From a virus: a stretch of 64,000 bases of DNA. The DNA is taken from IMG/VR virus record IMGVR_UViG_3300037245_003639; one strand, given 5' to 3'. How positions within the stretch are numbered: position 1 is the first letter of the stretch; each line of letters opens with the position of its first letter. The notes beneath the pieces are model-generated. The model saw only the letters and a program-made list of their open reading frames with translations. It was not told the DNA's origin and made no database searches. This document shows positions 52,397 through 62,861 of this stretch, piece after piece. The position numbers and the translations under genes were made by a program.

Positions 52397-52591
52397 TTTA
52401 TTCTATGTCTTATTTTGTGCTAGTTATGGAATTCTGGTAGTGAATCTAGCAGCGAAGGCATCGTAGCATTTGTGAATTTGGTGTCTGATATGGAAACCGA
52501 GTCTGGTTCGATTCCATTTGAATGGGAGAGTGAGCAGGTCTATTGCGTAGTGGCCTAATTCGTGCTGGACAAGACCTAAGCAGACCAAAGT

Positions 52592-52855
52592 TCATTCAAA
52601 CCCTCGGACGTAAATGTTTTTGGTATTTGGGTCATAGACTCCGGTACGGGATGGGAATCCTTGTGGAATGGTTCTTGGTCTTCTGATGGTAGGGAGTAGG
52701 TACTTGATTTGCCATTTACCGATATTCAGTGCTGTATATACTTTTGGTCCTCCATCCCCTTGTTGGTTACAGTATGGACAAGTAGAGGATGTGTGCAGAT
52801 CGTTCCAGTCTAGCTGGTGATGGCAGAAGTAGCAGTGTTGGGTTTGTTTTACCAT
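52592..52855 (-). CDS. zinc-finger protein, 87 aa (CxxC...CxxC; possibly an HNH-type nuclease)
   Basis: Promoter TTGACC-N17-CATAAT with the TTTCCGCGGAAAA box upstream. Confidence 0.4.
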   Translation of the reverse strand: MVKQTQHCYFCHHQLDWNDLHTSSTCPYCNQQGDGGPKVYTALNIGKWQIKYLLPTIRRPRTIPQGFPSRTGVYDPNTKNIYVRGFE

Positions 52856-52923
52856 ATAGTGATTATGGGGGACATGGGGGTATTGGTCAAGGGGGCTTTG
52901 AATTTCTTTCCGCGGAAAATGGG

Positions 52924-53427
52924 TTATTGTGCAAAGTAATTATCCAGATGTTGCACGAGTTTCTTTGATGGGAATATGGCTGTTTGGTTTTGTCTCTGTT
53001 CTTCTATGAAGTATCCTTGGCTGACGAGCATTCCATAGGCGGTTGCGTTATCGACGATGCCATTTCCGCTGGATGAAAAGACGCCTTTGCCACGCCATGA
53101 GAGTGGCTCTCCTGGGTCTCCATTGGCGTTTATTACGGCAGCGCTGATGGTTTGGGCCACCATGGCTTCTGTTTCGGCTCCGCGTCTGCGGTTTGGAAAC
53201 AGGTGACAGAGACTGCGTTTGTCTATTTGGGCTTTGAGTCTTGTTACGTCTGCTACGGTGGCTTTCATGGGTTTCCTTAGCTCCGTTTCTCGGTATCCCT
53301 CGCAATGAAGCAGCGTGTTGTGCATCAAATCGCGAATCCATTGGCAGGACTGCCTATTGTTGACATACTCGTAAAAGGCCCATTGGTAGGAGCCTTCTGT
53401 GGGTGTTTCTTTTAGGGTGGTGGTCAT
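52924..53427 (-). CDS. hypothetical protein, about 167 aa
   Basis: Start MTTTLKE; 5'UTR CCAATTTTCGCGGAGA provides the SD. Confidence 0.45.
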   Translation of the reverse strand: MTTTLKETPTEGSYQWAFYEYVNNRQSCQWIRDLMHNTLLHCEGYRETELRKPMKATVADVTRLKAQIDKRSLCHLFPNRRRGAETEAMVAQTISAAVINANGDPGEPLSWRGKGVFSSSGNGIVDNATAYGMLVSQGYFIEEQRQNQTAIFPSKKLVQHLDNYFAQ

Positions 53428-53452
53428 ATTCAATTCTCCGCGAAAATTGGGT

Positions 53453-54049
53453 TTAGGATGCGTCGCGTACCCAATCGTGTTCACTTCCGTAATCGCAACC
53501 TTCGGGTGGCAATGTGCTACGGATAGGACAGGTTTCGTCATCGTCCTGGGGGCCGTTGCGGACTTTTTTGCACCAGCAGCAAATGGCCGATTGCGTTCCG
53601 GCAACCCTGGGGCCTAACAATGGAGCAGAGCCACGCTGACAACATGCAAGGAAGTCGTCTACTGCCTCACCTGTAAAGAGTGGAGTTTCCTTGACCTGAA
53701 TAGTAGACAAGCCCGTTCTATTCAAGCGGTCAACTCTCTCTGAGTAGCTAATTGTCTCGTTCATCCAATCAGGAATAGGAACTCTGGACAAGAAAAAGCC
53801 ACTAAAAGTGGCTCTCTTTTGTTCCCAACCGCCACCGGTTCCTGTGTGATACAAGTCCATTTTGTAAGGGAACAGGTATCCGATATCTGATAAGAACTGT
53901 TCGATTCGTGATGTTTTTACATGACGCACGCCGAGGAAACTGCGGAAAGCTTGGCCGGACAGACAAACGCAGTCGGCTTTGGATTGCCAACAGAGACGAG
54001 CAAGATACTCGGCCATCTTCTTGTGATTGATTCTATCAAAGTTATTCAT
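53453..54049 (-). CDS. hypothetical Cys-rich protein, 198 aa
   Basis: Same 5'UTR element, GCCAATTTTCGCGGAGA. Confidence 0.45.
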   Translation of the reverse strand: MNNFDRINHKKMAEYLARLCWQSKADCVCLSGQAFRSFLGVRHVKTSRIEQFLSDIGYLFPYKMDLYHTGTGGGWEQKRATFSGFFLSRVPIPDWMNETISYSERVDRLNRTGLSTIQVKETPLFTGEAVDDFLACCQRGSAPLLGPRVAGTQSAICCWCKKVRNGPQDDDETCPIRSTLPPEGCDYGSEHDWVRDAS

Positions 54050-54203
54050 CTTGCTCTCCGCGAAAATTGGCTAGAGTACAATTTTTACGAGCCAGTAAAC
54101 CAGACCGTTGAATAGAGCAGTGATGCTCAGGCCAACCATAAGCCACCACACGCAGCGTGGTATTGTGATTGTTTTGGGCTCAAAGAGCCAGGCGATAATG
54201 TTC

Positions 54204-54695
54204 TCAATCACCTCTCGCTCCTGTCGTTGTCGTTAGCTTTGCTTTGAGTTGTTCCATGGCTTCCCGGGCTTTCCTGGTTTGCTTTTCCCTTAATTTAGCT
54301 TCATAGGGTTTACTCAGATTATCCGCTTCTGCGAGGATAGCCTGTAGGCATTCTCGTTCTTCGGATGACAGGCAGAGTTCCTTTCCGTGATGCCCGGGAT
54401 GCCACCGCAGCATCCCGCGGATTTCCTGGCTTTTCTGCATTATTCGCCAATGTTCTATTGGTATAAGCCCATAGTTGTCATGTCGTTTGTAGACTTCTGG
54501 ATTGATTGAGATTGTATCGTCGGTTCTGGAAATATCAAGCGTGATCCAGTAGTCGGTTGAAAGCCACGTTGTCAGGAAGAGGCAGGCTACTGCTAGGAAA
54601 ACCATAGCGGGGGCAAGTCCCGACTTGCCCTTATCACGTATGGCGATTGCAATCGCCGCGATTATGATGATGATTCCGGGGATAAGAACTAGCAT
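54204..54695 (-). CDS. membrane protein (MLVLIPGIIIIIA...), tandem paralog
   Basis: About 50% identical to 54770-55216. Confidence 0.45.
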   Translation of the reverse strand: MLVLIPGIIIIIAAIAIAIRDKGKSGLAPAMVFLAVACLFLTTWLSTDYWITLDISRTDDTISINPEVYKRHDNYGLIPIEHWRIMQKSQEIRGMLRWHPGHHGKELCLSSEERECLQAILAEADNLSKPYEAKLREKQTRKAREAMEQLKAKLTTTTGARGD

Positions 54696-54769
54696 GATTC
54701 TCTCCTATCGTTTGGCTCGTCCAAGAGGATTTCGCTCAATTGCTTGCAGCCGAGCGATAATGTTCTCAA

Positions 54770-55216
54770 TCATTTCTCATTCCATCGCTCTTGGAACTCT
54801 TCCGTCACTTTTATGACCTGTTTTTTCCTGAATTCTTCGCTGTATGGGCGTTGAACTTCAAGCGTTTTCGCGATAATTGCTTGGAGATTTGCTTGTTCAT
54901 CATCGGACAGATAGGATCGGTTCCGTCTCAAGAAGTCAGAAGCCTCTTTGCCTTTGTCCATGATACGCGAGTCGGCTATTGGTATAAGCCCATAGTTGCT
55001 ATGTCGTTTGTAGACTTCCGTGTTGAATGAGATTGTATTGTCGGTTCTGGAAATATCGAGTGTGACCCAATAGCAGTTTGAAAGCCACGCTGTCAGGACG
55101 ACAAAGATTATCGCTAGACCAGCCATAACGGGAGCAAATTCTGAACCGGGCCTGCAACACACGACGATCACGAGCAACGCGATTATGATGATGATTCCGG
55201 GGATGAGAACTAGCAT
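54770..55216 (-). CDS. membrane protein, tandem paralog of 54204-54695
   Basis: Shared N-terminus and YKRH(S/D)NYGLIPI block. Confidence 0.45.
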   Translation of the reverse strand: MLVLIPGIIIIIALLVIVVCCRPGSEFAPVMAGLAIIFVVLTAWLSNCYWVTLDISRTDNTISFNTEVYKRHSNYGLIPIADSRIMDKGKEASDFLRRNRSYLSDDEQANLQAIIAKTLEVQRPYSEEFRKKQVIKVTEEFQERWNEK

Positions 55217-55596
55217 GATTCTCTCTTATCTGCCTCTTCGTCGAGACGAGCATTGATTTCGTCTAATGTTTCGTAGCTGACGGGATGCGGCTCTTGCTCC
55301 AAGTTTCGCCGCACTTGCTGCGCGTGTTCTTGTAACGTGGGCGGTTTTTGGCCGGTGATTTCACAAACTTGCTTTTTGAACCGCCAGCCGAGATAGACGA
55401 TGTTCGTGCGCAGTCGCCGCAGGCCCCGATAGGTTTTGACGGCAACGTACAATGTTACCAACGCTGTCAACCACCACCACCAATGCTCAGGGGCCTTGCA
55501 AATCTTCCAGACAGATAGCAAGAAAAGCAGGCCAAAAATGATGCTCCCTCGGTATTCCTTGGCGATATACAACCAATGTTCGATTTTGCGTCTCAT
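55210..55596 (-). CDS. membrane protein, 128 aa
   Basis: Promoter 55651-55679 (TTGACA-N17-TATACT). Confidence 0.45.
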   Translation of the reverse strand: MRRKIEHWLYIAKEYRGSIIFGLLFLLSVWKICKAPEHWWWWLTALVTLYVAVKTYRGLRRLRTNIVYLGWRFKKQVCEITGQKPPTLQEHAQQVRRNLEQEPHPVSYETLDEINARLDEEADKRESC

Positions 55597-55714
55597 TTGG
55601 ATCCTTTCGGAATTTGCATTTCCTCACTCAGGCCTCTTTCTGTTAAGAGCAGTATAGGGGATATGGGGGAGATTGTCAAGGGTATATACTAAGTGCTACT
55701 TTTGGGAAAATGGC

Positions 55715-55942
55715 TCATGTTGTCCATGGCTCGCCTTCATCGAGTACATCAATCATGCCCGCGGACATGTCTGGTTCTTCGCTGTTGTCGAGCACGATAG
55801 AGACATTCATAGATGCCTTGTGCCCGATCCAGTTGATATGCACTGGGGCATCGAGCAGTTCACAGCCATCGGGCACTTTATTGAGGACATCCCGCAATTC
55901 GCCCCAAGTAACTGAACCTGCTTTACCTGCGCTAGTAATCAT
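55715..55942 (-). CDS. small acidic protein, 75 aa
   Basis: Promoter TTGACA-N17-TATAGT at about 55975-56005. Confidence 0.4.
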   Translation of the reverse strand: MITSAGKAGSVTWGELRDVLNKVPDGCELLDAPVHINWIGHKASMNVSIVLDNSEEPDMSAGMIDVLDEGEPWTT

Positions 55943-56029
55943 CTGTTTCCTTTCACTTGAACGCGGGTTTTACTCATAGGCTCACTATATCTCATTGACA
56001 GAAATTTGTCAAGGTAAATATTCAGTGTA

Positions 56030-56677
56030 TCACGTCCATGATGTAGGTGGAGCGACAGGCTCGTATCCGATTGAATTCCTGCCCTCTAAGACAGCCGATG
56101 GCACATCTGCGAAAAGGGGTTCATAACGCTGGTACAGGGTTGGAAGTTCCTCTAGGTAATTGAAGTCTCTGACCTGCTCTTTGACGAGTTCGATTTCGCG
56201 TGGTGAGAGTCGGTGAGGGCGTAGGCAGGTGGTTAAGGCTGAGCAATGAACTTTTGGACCATTGATCGCCTGCATAAGTCCCACATATGGTTTTCGAGTG
56301 ATAATTTCCCAAGCAGCTCCTCTTAGTCCTCCGAGGGCCACTCGATTGGCTTTGGTCCAGTGTTGGAAATGCTCCAATACTCCGCGCAAAGCTGGTTCCA
56401 CTTTATAGCGGACGGCCAGGACAATCACAGGAAGTTCTTTATGTAGCAGAGAGGGAGGAATAGGCTGGAGCAAGATGGCCATTTGTGCGAATATCTCATG
56501 CTTGTCGGCAAATTCTAGCAATTTGTCGGTAGTTTTTTCTGGTTCAATATCTCCGCCGGAAACAAAACCGGATTTACCAATGGGTCTGATGGTCCATGCG
56601 GTTCTATCGGGGGCAGTCAATAGATCCAGAACAGGAAAGGTGAAGTCTTCTATGTATGTTATGGGATTTGCAATCAT
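56030..56677 (-). CDS. hypothetical protein, about 215 aa
   Basis: Start MIANPITY; the longer ORF-track start overlaps a neighbouring ORF. Confidence 0.4.
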   Translation of the reverse strand: MIANPITYIEDFTFPVLDLLTAPDRTAWTIRPIGKSGFVSGGDIEPEKTTDKLLEFADKHEIFAQMAILLQPIPPSLLHKELPVIVLAVRYKVEPALRGVLEHFQHWTKANRVALGGLRGAAWEIITRKPYVGLMQAINGPKVHCSALTTCLRPHRLSPREIELVKEQVRDFNYLEELPTLYQRYEPLFADVPSAVLEGRNSIGYEPVAPPTSWT

Positions 56678-57118
56678 GCGAACATATCCTTTTCGCAGTT
56701 GGTTTGTCGTTTGAGTGATTGGAAAATGGTGCGAGCACATCGTTGATTTTCTGTGAGTGATTATCCTTCACCAGATGGAAGAGCACCCAAATTTCCTTGA
56801 TGGAGATGGTGAAGAGTTGCGGCTTTTGTGCAGATATGCGTTCCAACATGGCATCGAATAAGAAATGCACCCGCTCCAATCTGGTGAGTTTGGCAGTCTT
56901 GGCTGTTTGGTGAATATGGGATTTACCGATTGAGATGTTGGCATTCAGTCGGATTGGTTGTGCTTGTGTTACTGAGGAGCAGAATCGTTTTGTTACGCCT
57001 TTGAGTGCCTCGAAGCAGGCTGCTGGGATCAGTTCATCTCTAGGATAGCCGAAATAACCCAGACTAACTGGTAGTTGTTCATCGATATCTATCATTTTGA
57101 TGACTTCTTTATGTTGAT

Positions 57119-57601
57119 TTAGTCCATTTTGTCTTTGAACCTACCCACGTCGATGGCCTGGGGAACCATATCGAGGGTTCCGTCTCTGATTACATCAATC
57201 CAATGCCATCCAACTCTCGGAGCGAACATTCTCACGAATAGGTATCCATCTTCTTCCATGGCCCAGACAGGCACATTCAGATCAGAGGAGAGCAAATCAG
57301 GTTCGTCAGCGGGCTGGTGGAGCATTTCCTGATAGACATCACGAGTGAAGAGTCGAATAACAAGGCTATGTCGTTTTTTCTTCGCAGCGGCTTCTTGAGC
57401 GAAACGTAGGCATCCTAAATGGTTGAATCCTTTGGGGAGCCCCAGGGCAATCGAGCCAATGCCAACAGAGGTAGTCCCGGGGCGCCAACCAGCGCAAGTT
57501 TGGCCTTCTTGAGGAGTTCCTTGTAGATCGAAAGCTCCACATTGAGCATTTATGCCAGCAACGCAGCCGGGGCATTGGAACTTTTCTACCATGTCTTTCA
57601 T
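57119..57601 (-). CDS. hypothetical Cys-rich protein, 160 aa
   Basis: ORF. Confidence 0.45.
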   Translation of the reverse strand: MKDMVEKFQCPGCVAGINAQCGAFDLQGTPQEGQTCAGWRPGTTSVGIGSIALGLPKGFNHLGCLRFAQEAAAKKKRHSLVIRLFTRDVYQEMLHQPADEPDLLSSDLNVPVWAMEEDGYLFVRMFAPRVGWHWIDVIRDGTLDMVPQAIDVGRFKDKMD

Positions 57602-57607
57602 GGGGTT

Positions 57608-57991
57608 TTATCCTTTGAAGACTTCGACAGGTTTTTGGTTCTCATCGACGGCTACGAAAACAAGAGTTGCTTGAGTGACGAATCCTTCCGCTAATGGAAT
57701 GTGGTTAGCATAAGCCAGAACATGTACTACAATGGAACTTTTGCCGACTTTGATGGTTTCGACAAAGAAGCTAACAACATCGCCTACTTGGACAGGTTTA
57801 CGGAACTCGATTTTGTCCATTGCGATGGTGACGAATTTGATGTTTTCGACCCCTGCGGCTTTACCCGCTTCTTCGGCGTGGATGGCTCCAGCTTGATCGA
57901 TATAGCTGAGAAGAACGCCACCAAAGATGATGCCATGAGGGTTGGTATCTTTGGGCATCATCATAACTTTGATTGCAGGGTCGTTATGCAT
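57608..57991 (-). CDS. hot-dog fold acyl-CoA thioesterase (YciA/4HBT-like)
   Basis: NPHGIIFGGVLLSYIDQAGAIHA ... VGDVVSF parallels the YciA-type N-terminus. Confidence 0.6.
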   Translation of the reverse strand: MHNDPAIKVMMMPKDTNPHGIIFGGVLLSYIDQAGAIHAEEAGKAAGVENIKFVTIAMDKIEFRKPVQVGDVVSFFVETIKVGKSSIVVHVLAYANHIPLAEGFVTQATLVFVAVDENQKPVEVFKG

Positions 57992-58284
57992 TATTTGTTC
58001 CTCACTCGGATGTCAGCCCCATGGTTTGTTGGAAGCTGTTCCGGTCCATTTCCAGAATGCGCAGAGCCTTTTCTTCCTCGCTGGTTGATAAGCCCTGTTG
58101 TTGTCGGTCGGCAATGCGTTGTTGCAATTGTGGCTCGTGGAGCAATTCTTCGTCATCAAAGCCAGCGTTCAAGATGATAAACGGTGCCACTTCATCTTCA
58201 TAGCGAACAAATCGGATGCTAGCGGTAATGATTCGGTAAAACGCCCATTCGACTGATCGTCTAACTGGTCGTCTAACCATTCAC

Positions 58285-58602
58285 CTATCCCCCGCTAAGT
58301 CCGTTGCTGAACGTTTGCACGACTTCCAGTACAGTCAGTTGCACTTTGACTGCTCTAACAACTGGACATTCATCGCGGAATTGCGGCTCATCGCCTTCCT
58401 GGTTATGACCTTGCTGCAAAGAACTACTGAGCATTCTTGATACCGTATCAATGTCGAAAGATTCGTGACCATCTTCCTTGCGAACCAGGACGTAGCAGAT
58501 GGAAGGATCTGGATCGGGCTTCTCCCTGGCGGCTTCTTGGAGTTGTGCCAGCAGAGCCTCAACTTCTGGTATTTGGCGTTTGGCTTCTTCTCGTGTCATC
58601 AT
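58285..58602 (-). CDS. hypothetical protein, 105 aa
   Basis: Promoter 58609-58637 (TTGACA-N17-TAAAAT) with the extended palindrome 58641-58659 upstream. Confidence 0.4.
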   Translation of the reverse strand: MMTREEAKRQIPEVEALLAQLQEAAREKPDPDPSICYVLVRKEDGHESFDIDTVSRMLSSSLQQGHNQEGDEPQFRDECPVVRAVKVQLTVLEVVQTFSNGLSGG

Positions 58603-59968
58603 AGCTACATTTTATCTGAGAGGTTGTTGATTGTCAATGATTTTCATCCGCGGAAAATGGATGGCGGATGATTTTGTGTCCCTGAGTTCTCCAGCCCTCG
58701 ATGTACTCATTGAGTTTATCGTCGGGGTTTGCGGATATGTCTCCAGCGACAATTTGATACTCAGCTACTTCGATGCTGAGCAGACCTCGTTCATCCTCGG
58801 CCACGTCTTCTATGCCAATGATGGAATAGAAGTTCATTGGTTTGCCTTCAAATCCTTCTTGTTGTTTTAGGTGGATAGTTGCCATATCAGAATATTGTTC
58901 CTCCACAACAGAAGTAGATTGACAACATAACAATGGCCATGAAGATGAAAGTGACCCATGGGGTTCTTTTGGGTTTTGGTTGAGGCCAATGGCCTGTCTC
59001 TTGCATCATTTTGATGTACTCGTCTTCTACGCCTTTTTGATGCGCATGCAAGCAATCTTGGCAGATGCCAACATGTAGATAATCAGGAGAATAGTTGCCG
59101 CAATGACGACAGTAGCCAGCCATTAGGTTTCACTCGCTTCATTCTCATCGTCTACCCTGAAAATCATGTTCAATTCGTCGAATGGGTCAGGTGGCGGTCG
59201 GGTTTCAGGGTCATAGTGAAACACTCTACTACAGTGGGGTGATTCGACAAGCAACCGCTGGCCATTATCTCTGATGGAGCAAGCTCGAAAGACGCAGCCA
59301 TCGATATGACGGGCAGTCGAGGCGTATTTCATGGCCTTTTGTCGGGCGTCTGCATAGGTTAATTCATCGGCCACCGCTGCTCCAATTGCTGACGTTTATC
59401 TTTGAGCATTTGTTTGGCCCAGTTTTGTAGGACAACATCTAGTTCACATATGGCCTGCCCCAGGATGTCGTTGATAGCATCCAGTTCTTTTTCAATCTGG
59501 CGGTAGATTTCGTTGCCGCGGATTTTCTGGGTTCTCAGTTCATGCTCTGAGAGACAGACGAAGACGTAAGTTCTACCCATCCAGAAGGTCATTTGTTGTT
59601 CCAATAGACTGAGACGCTGATGCTGTTCCACAGGACAATCACCCACCCGAAACCAACCAGAACCCTGTTGACGATTTCCGGTTGGCCGGTAATGGGGGTG
59701 ATCCGCAGGATAACGAATCCCACCGCAACAGCAATGGCACTGACTAAAACTTTCCAGTTCACTAGTGTTTCCTCAGCCTAAGTTTCATCTCTGTCGTTAT
59801 CAGGGTTAAACGACTCTGGTCTTGACTGGTGAATTCAATGGGCTGATTCGCAGCCGTGAGCATTTTGGCTACGAGTTCAGCCTCAACCAATCTGCGATAT
59901 TCTGCCAACAGGTTTGGGCCTGCCATGTTACGAATTTCTTTGTAAGAGGCTGGAGTTCTGGCCATCAC

Positions 59969-60250
59969 TTATCCTATAAGGTCAGTGGTTTCCTTGTCGT
60001 CTTTGGCGATCGCTCGATTGCAATAAGCCACGATAGCCACAGCGTTAATTACCAACAGGACCGCACCAATAACGGCCTGTTTCGGTGAGCGAGCAGTTAG
60101 CAGTATACCGATAGAGGCCAGTTCTCCGAGGATATTGAATAAAAACAATGCCTTCCAGAACCAGTGCTCCGGTTTCAGCACAGGCTTGCCGCATCTGGCG
60201 CAAAACTTAGCGGCGCCTGCAATTAGTTGGCCGCATTTGGTGCAATTCAT
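59969..60250 (-). CDS. zinc-ribbon plus 2-TM membrane protein, 93 aa
   Basis: CxxC...CxxC, then hydrophobic segments. Confidence 0.4.
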   Translation of the reverse strand: MNCTKCGQLIAGAAKFCARCGKPVLKPEHWFWKALFLFNILGELASIGILLTARSPKQAVIGAVLLVINAVAIVAYCNRAIAKDDKETTDLIG

Positions 60251-60690
60251 GATCCTGCACTCACTCTTGCTATTGCTGCCTTGGCGTCATACTTTATCTC
60301 TTCCAACGTCTTTGAGTGGTCACATTTCCACTCAAAGAATGGCCCAGTACGCCCACTGCCACAATAACCGTTTTCCCCAATTTGTTCAATGTCATACCAG
60401 CCGATTTTGATGCAACCAATTTGATGGTTTCTGTGAGCATCATCATCACCATGAACGAAGTAGTTCTTGAGCCGATTTTTGGCATGACGAATCGCAGCCA
60501 AGATAGCACGAGGCATCAATGATTCGGGTCTCGGTGTCTCGTTAGGAGCATCTTCGGGCAGCGTGAAAAGAGTAACGATAGCCCGTTCACGTCGGCCACC
60601 CGCGTTGGCGTCATCATAAGTAACCGCTACTTCGACTTCGAGGCATCTCATGTCTAACTCCCGCTCCAGTGTCGCTGCATGTCGCACCAT
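60247..60690 (-). CDS. hypothetical protein, 147 aa
   Basis: ATGA overlap. Confidence 0.4.
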   Translation of the reverse strand: MVRHAATLERELDMRCLEVEVAVTYDDANAGGRRERAIVTLFTLPEDAPNETPRPESLMPRAILAAIRHAKNRLKNYFVHGDDDAHRNHQIGCIKIGWYDIEQIGENGYCGSGRTGPFFEWKCDHSKTLEEIKYDAKAAIARVSAGS

Positions 60691-60757
60691 CCTTCCAGTT
60701 GGAGGATAACCGATTAGTGAGAGATTGTCAAGCGTAATTTATGGTTCTGTCGTTGCA

Positions 60758-61174
60758 CTATCCAAACATATCTCTCAATTGTGCGTCTCTACGCTTTTTT
60801 GCGTTGGCTTCCCATCCTACCAGCGTGGGGTCTTGTTCTTCACTGGTATTCGCCGCTAACCGCCAGCGGTTGAGACGATTGTAGTCTTTGATGGTATCGT
60901 GGATGATTTCTATGTGTTTTTCACCGCTGATTGTAATTCCCTGCTCGTCTCGCCCTCTGGTATCTCCCCTGACGAACATTTTATCCGCCGCTCTCCATTC
61001 GGGGAAATTGCAAGAAACGAGCCTGAGGCCATAGGGTCCACTATACTCACTACAGCAGACGCAGCCCTCGGGGTAATGAAATTCATCGCCGCGAAATTCT
61101 TGACGAACGACTACCAACTCCCATTTGTCATCGCCCAGTTTGGTTATCTTGACTTTCAGAGCATCCTGCATCAT
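60758..61174 (-). CDS. hypothetical protein, 138 aa
   Basis: ORF. Confidence 0.4.
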   Translation of the reverse strand: MMQDALKVKITKLGDDKWELVVVRQEFRGDEFHYPEGCVCCSEYSGPYGLRLVSCNFPEWRAADKMFVRGDTRGRDEQGITISGEKHIEIIHDTIKDYNRLNRWRLAANTSEEQDPTLVGWEANAKKRRDAQLRDMFG

Positions 61175-61784
61175 CAGCCTTTCTGAATTCCAATTGTTAA
61201 AGTCTTGTCATAATCACGCCTGTTGCAGTGTAAGGGAAATGGCTGTGATTGTCAATGGTGTTTTATTAGTGCAGGAATGTTATTTCAAGGCTTGTTCGAC
61301 GAGTTGGTTCTTAGTCATTGGGAAGTTTGCCGTGCAGGATGTTCATCACCAACTCAATTTGAAAGAGATTGTCAAGGGTTTTTATTGGTGCGGAAAGAAT
61401 CGATCGTCGGTGAATTCAGGGTTAGTGAAGCCGATTATAGAGTGAGTAGTTCCTATCAGCTCATGTTCCAACACGCCGGCTTGATGAGTATGGATCACTT
61501 CAACTGCATCGGCATCGGGGAATTGGCCCTTGACTTCATGAACTAGTTTGTCAGCCCTGCGAATTCGTGAAACTTTGCGGTGAATGATGATAGTCTCGAT
61601 CATGCTGTCAATATACTCCTAGGAGACTATTTGTCAAGGTAGAAATAGACGGTTCTAAGGCAAGGCTCCACCCACCGTCAAGTCTAATTTTTCGGAGACT
61701 TACCGCTTAGCCGACTACAAAACGGCAGCTTCCTAGCCCTGCTGGCAACTAAGGATGCAGTTGTAGAGCATTTGGTTTGAATTG

Positions 61785-62861
61785 TCAAGGACGGAGATTC
61801 CTAAAATACTCATCTTCTTCCGCGAATTTTACATGAGATAACCAATTGGCGGATTGATGCAGTACAGAGAGATACTTGGCTGGGATATTGCCATAGACTG
61901 CTACCGTATCAAGCATATAATCCTGTTCATGTTCGGCTTCATAGAAATCATAACCAATCAGATGAGCGAGAGCATTTTTGGTTTCAGCTTCTTCGACAGG
62001 AGTTTCGCCAGCGATTTCGGGCATATAGCCGTCAGCCTTCATGGCATTGAGGTCGATCGCAATAACGGTCTCGCCATAGCTCTCTAGGGATGCATGGGGA
62101 CTGTCAGTATATTCAGGGCTGATAGTGAAAACGGCAGGCCCCATATCTTTGTTGCTGAGCCCTCGCGTATCTTCTCGGGCTTCGAGGCCGGTCACCATTA
62201 TGGCGTCAAGGTTTTCTTCGATCGTAGCGTGATAAAGAACCGCTCCTGGACCTACGCTTTCCCAAAACTCTTTGGATTTGTTTTGTTCTGGAAAGTAGTC
62301 CTCGGGTTGTTCTGCGGCATCTTCTATCCACTCCTCAGCAGAATCCCATTTGGTAAAACTTCCATCATCATTCTGTTCTACCACCCATAATTCAGGGACT
62401 TCCTTGCCCCACGCATTTTTGTTGGCACCGACTTCGATGGTGAGTATTTTTTTGCCTGTGGGAGCCTCTACAGTATCGTAGTTGATATTGTGCTTGTCCA
62501 TTATTTGTCGGAGACGTTCCATGTCTCCATTATCTATATAGAACTCAAGTATCTCGTTATCAAACCAATTCTCATAATCTTCTGGCTTAGGGGATTCAGG
62601 CTCACGAGAATTGTATTCTATTTGCTGCAAATAGCGGTCGTAGTTCGGGTCTCCTGTCACAGGATTCTGTTGTATCCACTGTAGGAGTTCTTTCCAAGGT
62701 TGAGATGCGGCCTGATTAATTTGAGCATCTTCCACCAACGAATCATAGTAAGTCACAGCTTCGCGGGGAAATGCTCGTCGAATCTCTAACGCACGTTTGA
62801 CGGCAGCGGCCATGCGTTGCGCTAGGTCGCTAAGTTGAGCTATCTTCTGAACCCAGTTCAC
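61785..62861 (-). CDS. hypothetical acidic protein, 358 aa
   Basis: ORF. Confidence 0.45.
   Translation of the reverse strand: MNWVQKIAQLSDLAQRMAAAVKRALEIRRAFPREAVTYYDSLVEDAQINQAASQPWKELLQWIQQNPVTGDPNYDRYLQQIEYNSREPESPKPEDYENWFDNEILEFYIDNGDMERLRQIMDKHNINYDTVEAPTGKKILTIEVGANKNAWGKEVPELWVVEQNDDGSFTKWDSAEEWIEDAAEQPEDYFPEQNKSKEFWESVGPGAVLYHATIEENLDAIMVTGLEAREDTRGLSNKDMGPAVFTISPEYTDSPHASLESYGETVIAIDLNAMKADGYMPEIAGETPVEEAETKNALAHLIGYDFYEAEHEQDYMLDTVAVYGNIPAKYLSVLHQSANWLSHVKFAEEDEYFRNLRP

Noticed and set aside
61795-61815. TTCTTCCGCGAATTTT resembling the palindromic box
   Set aside because: It lies inside the coding sequence of gene 61785-62861 (encoding ...FAEEDEY...), and it is only a half-site.
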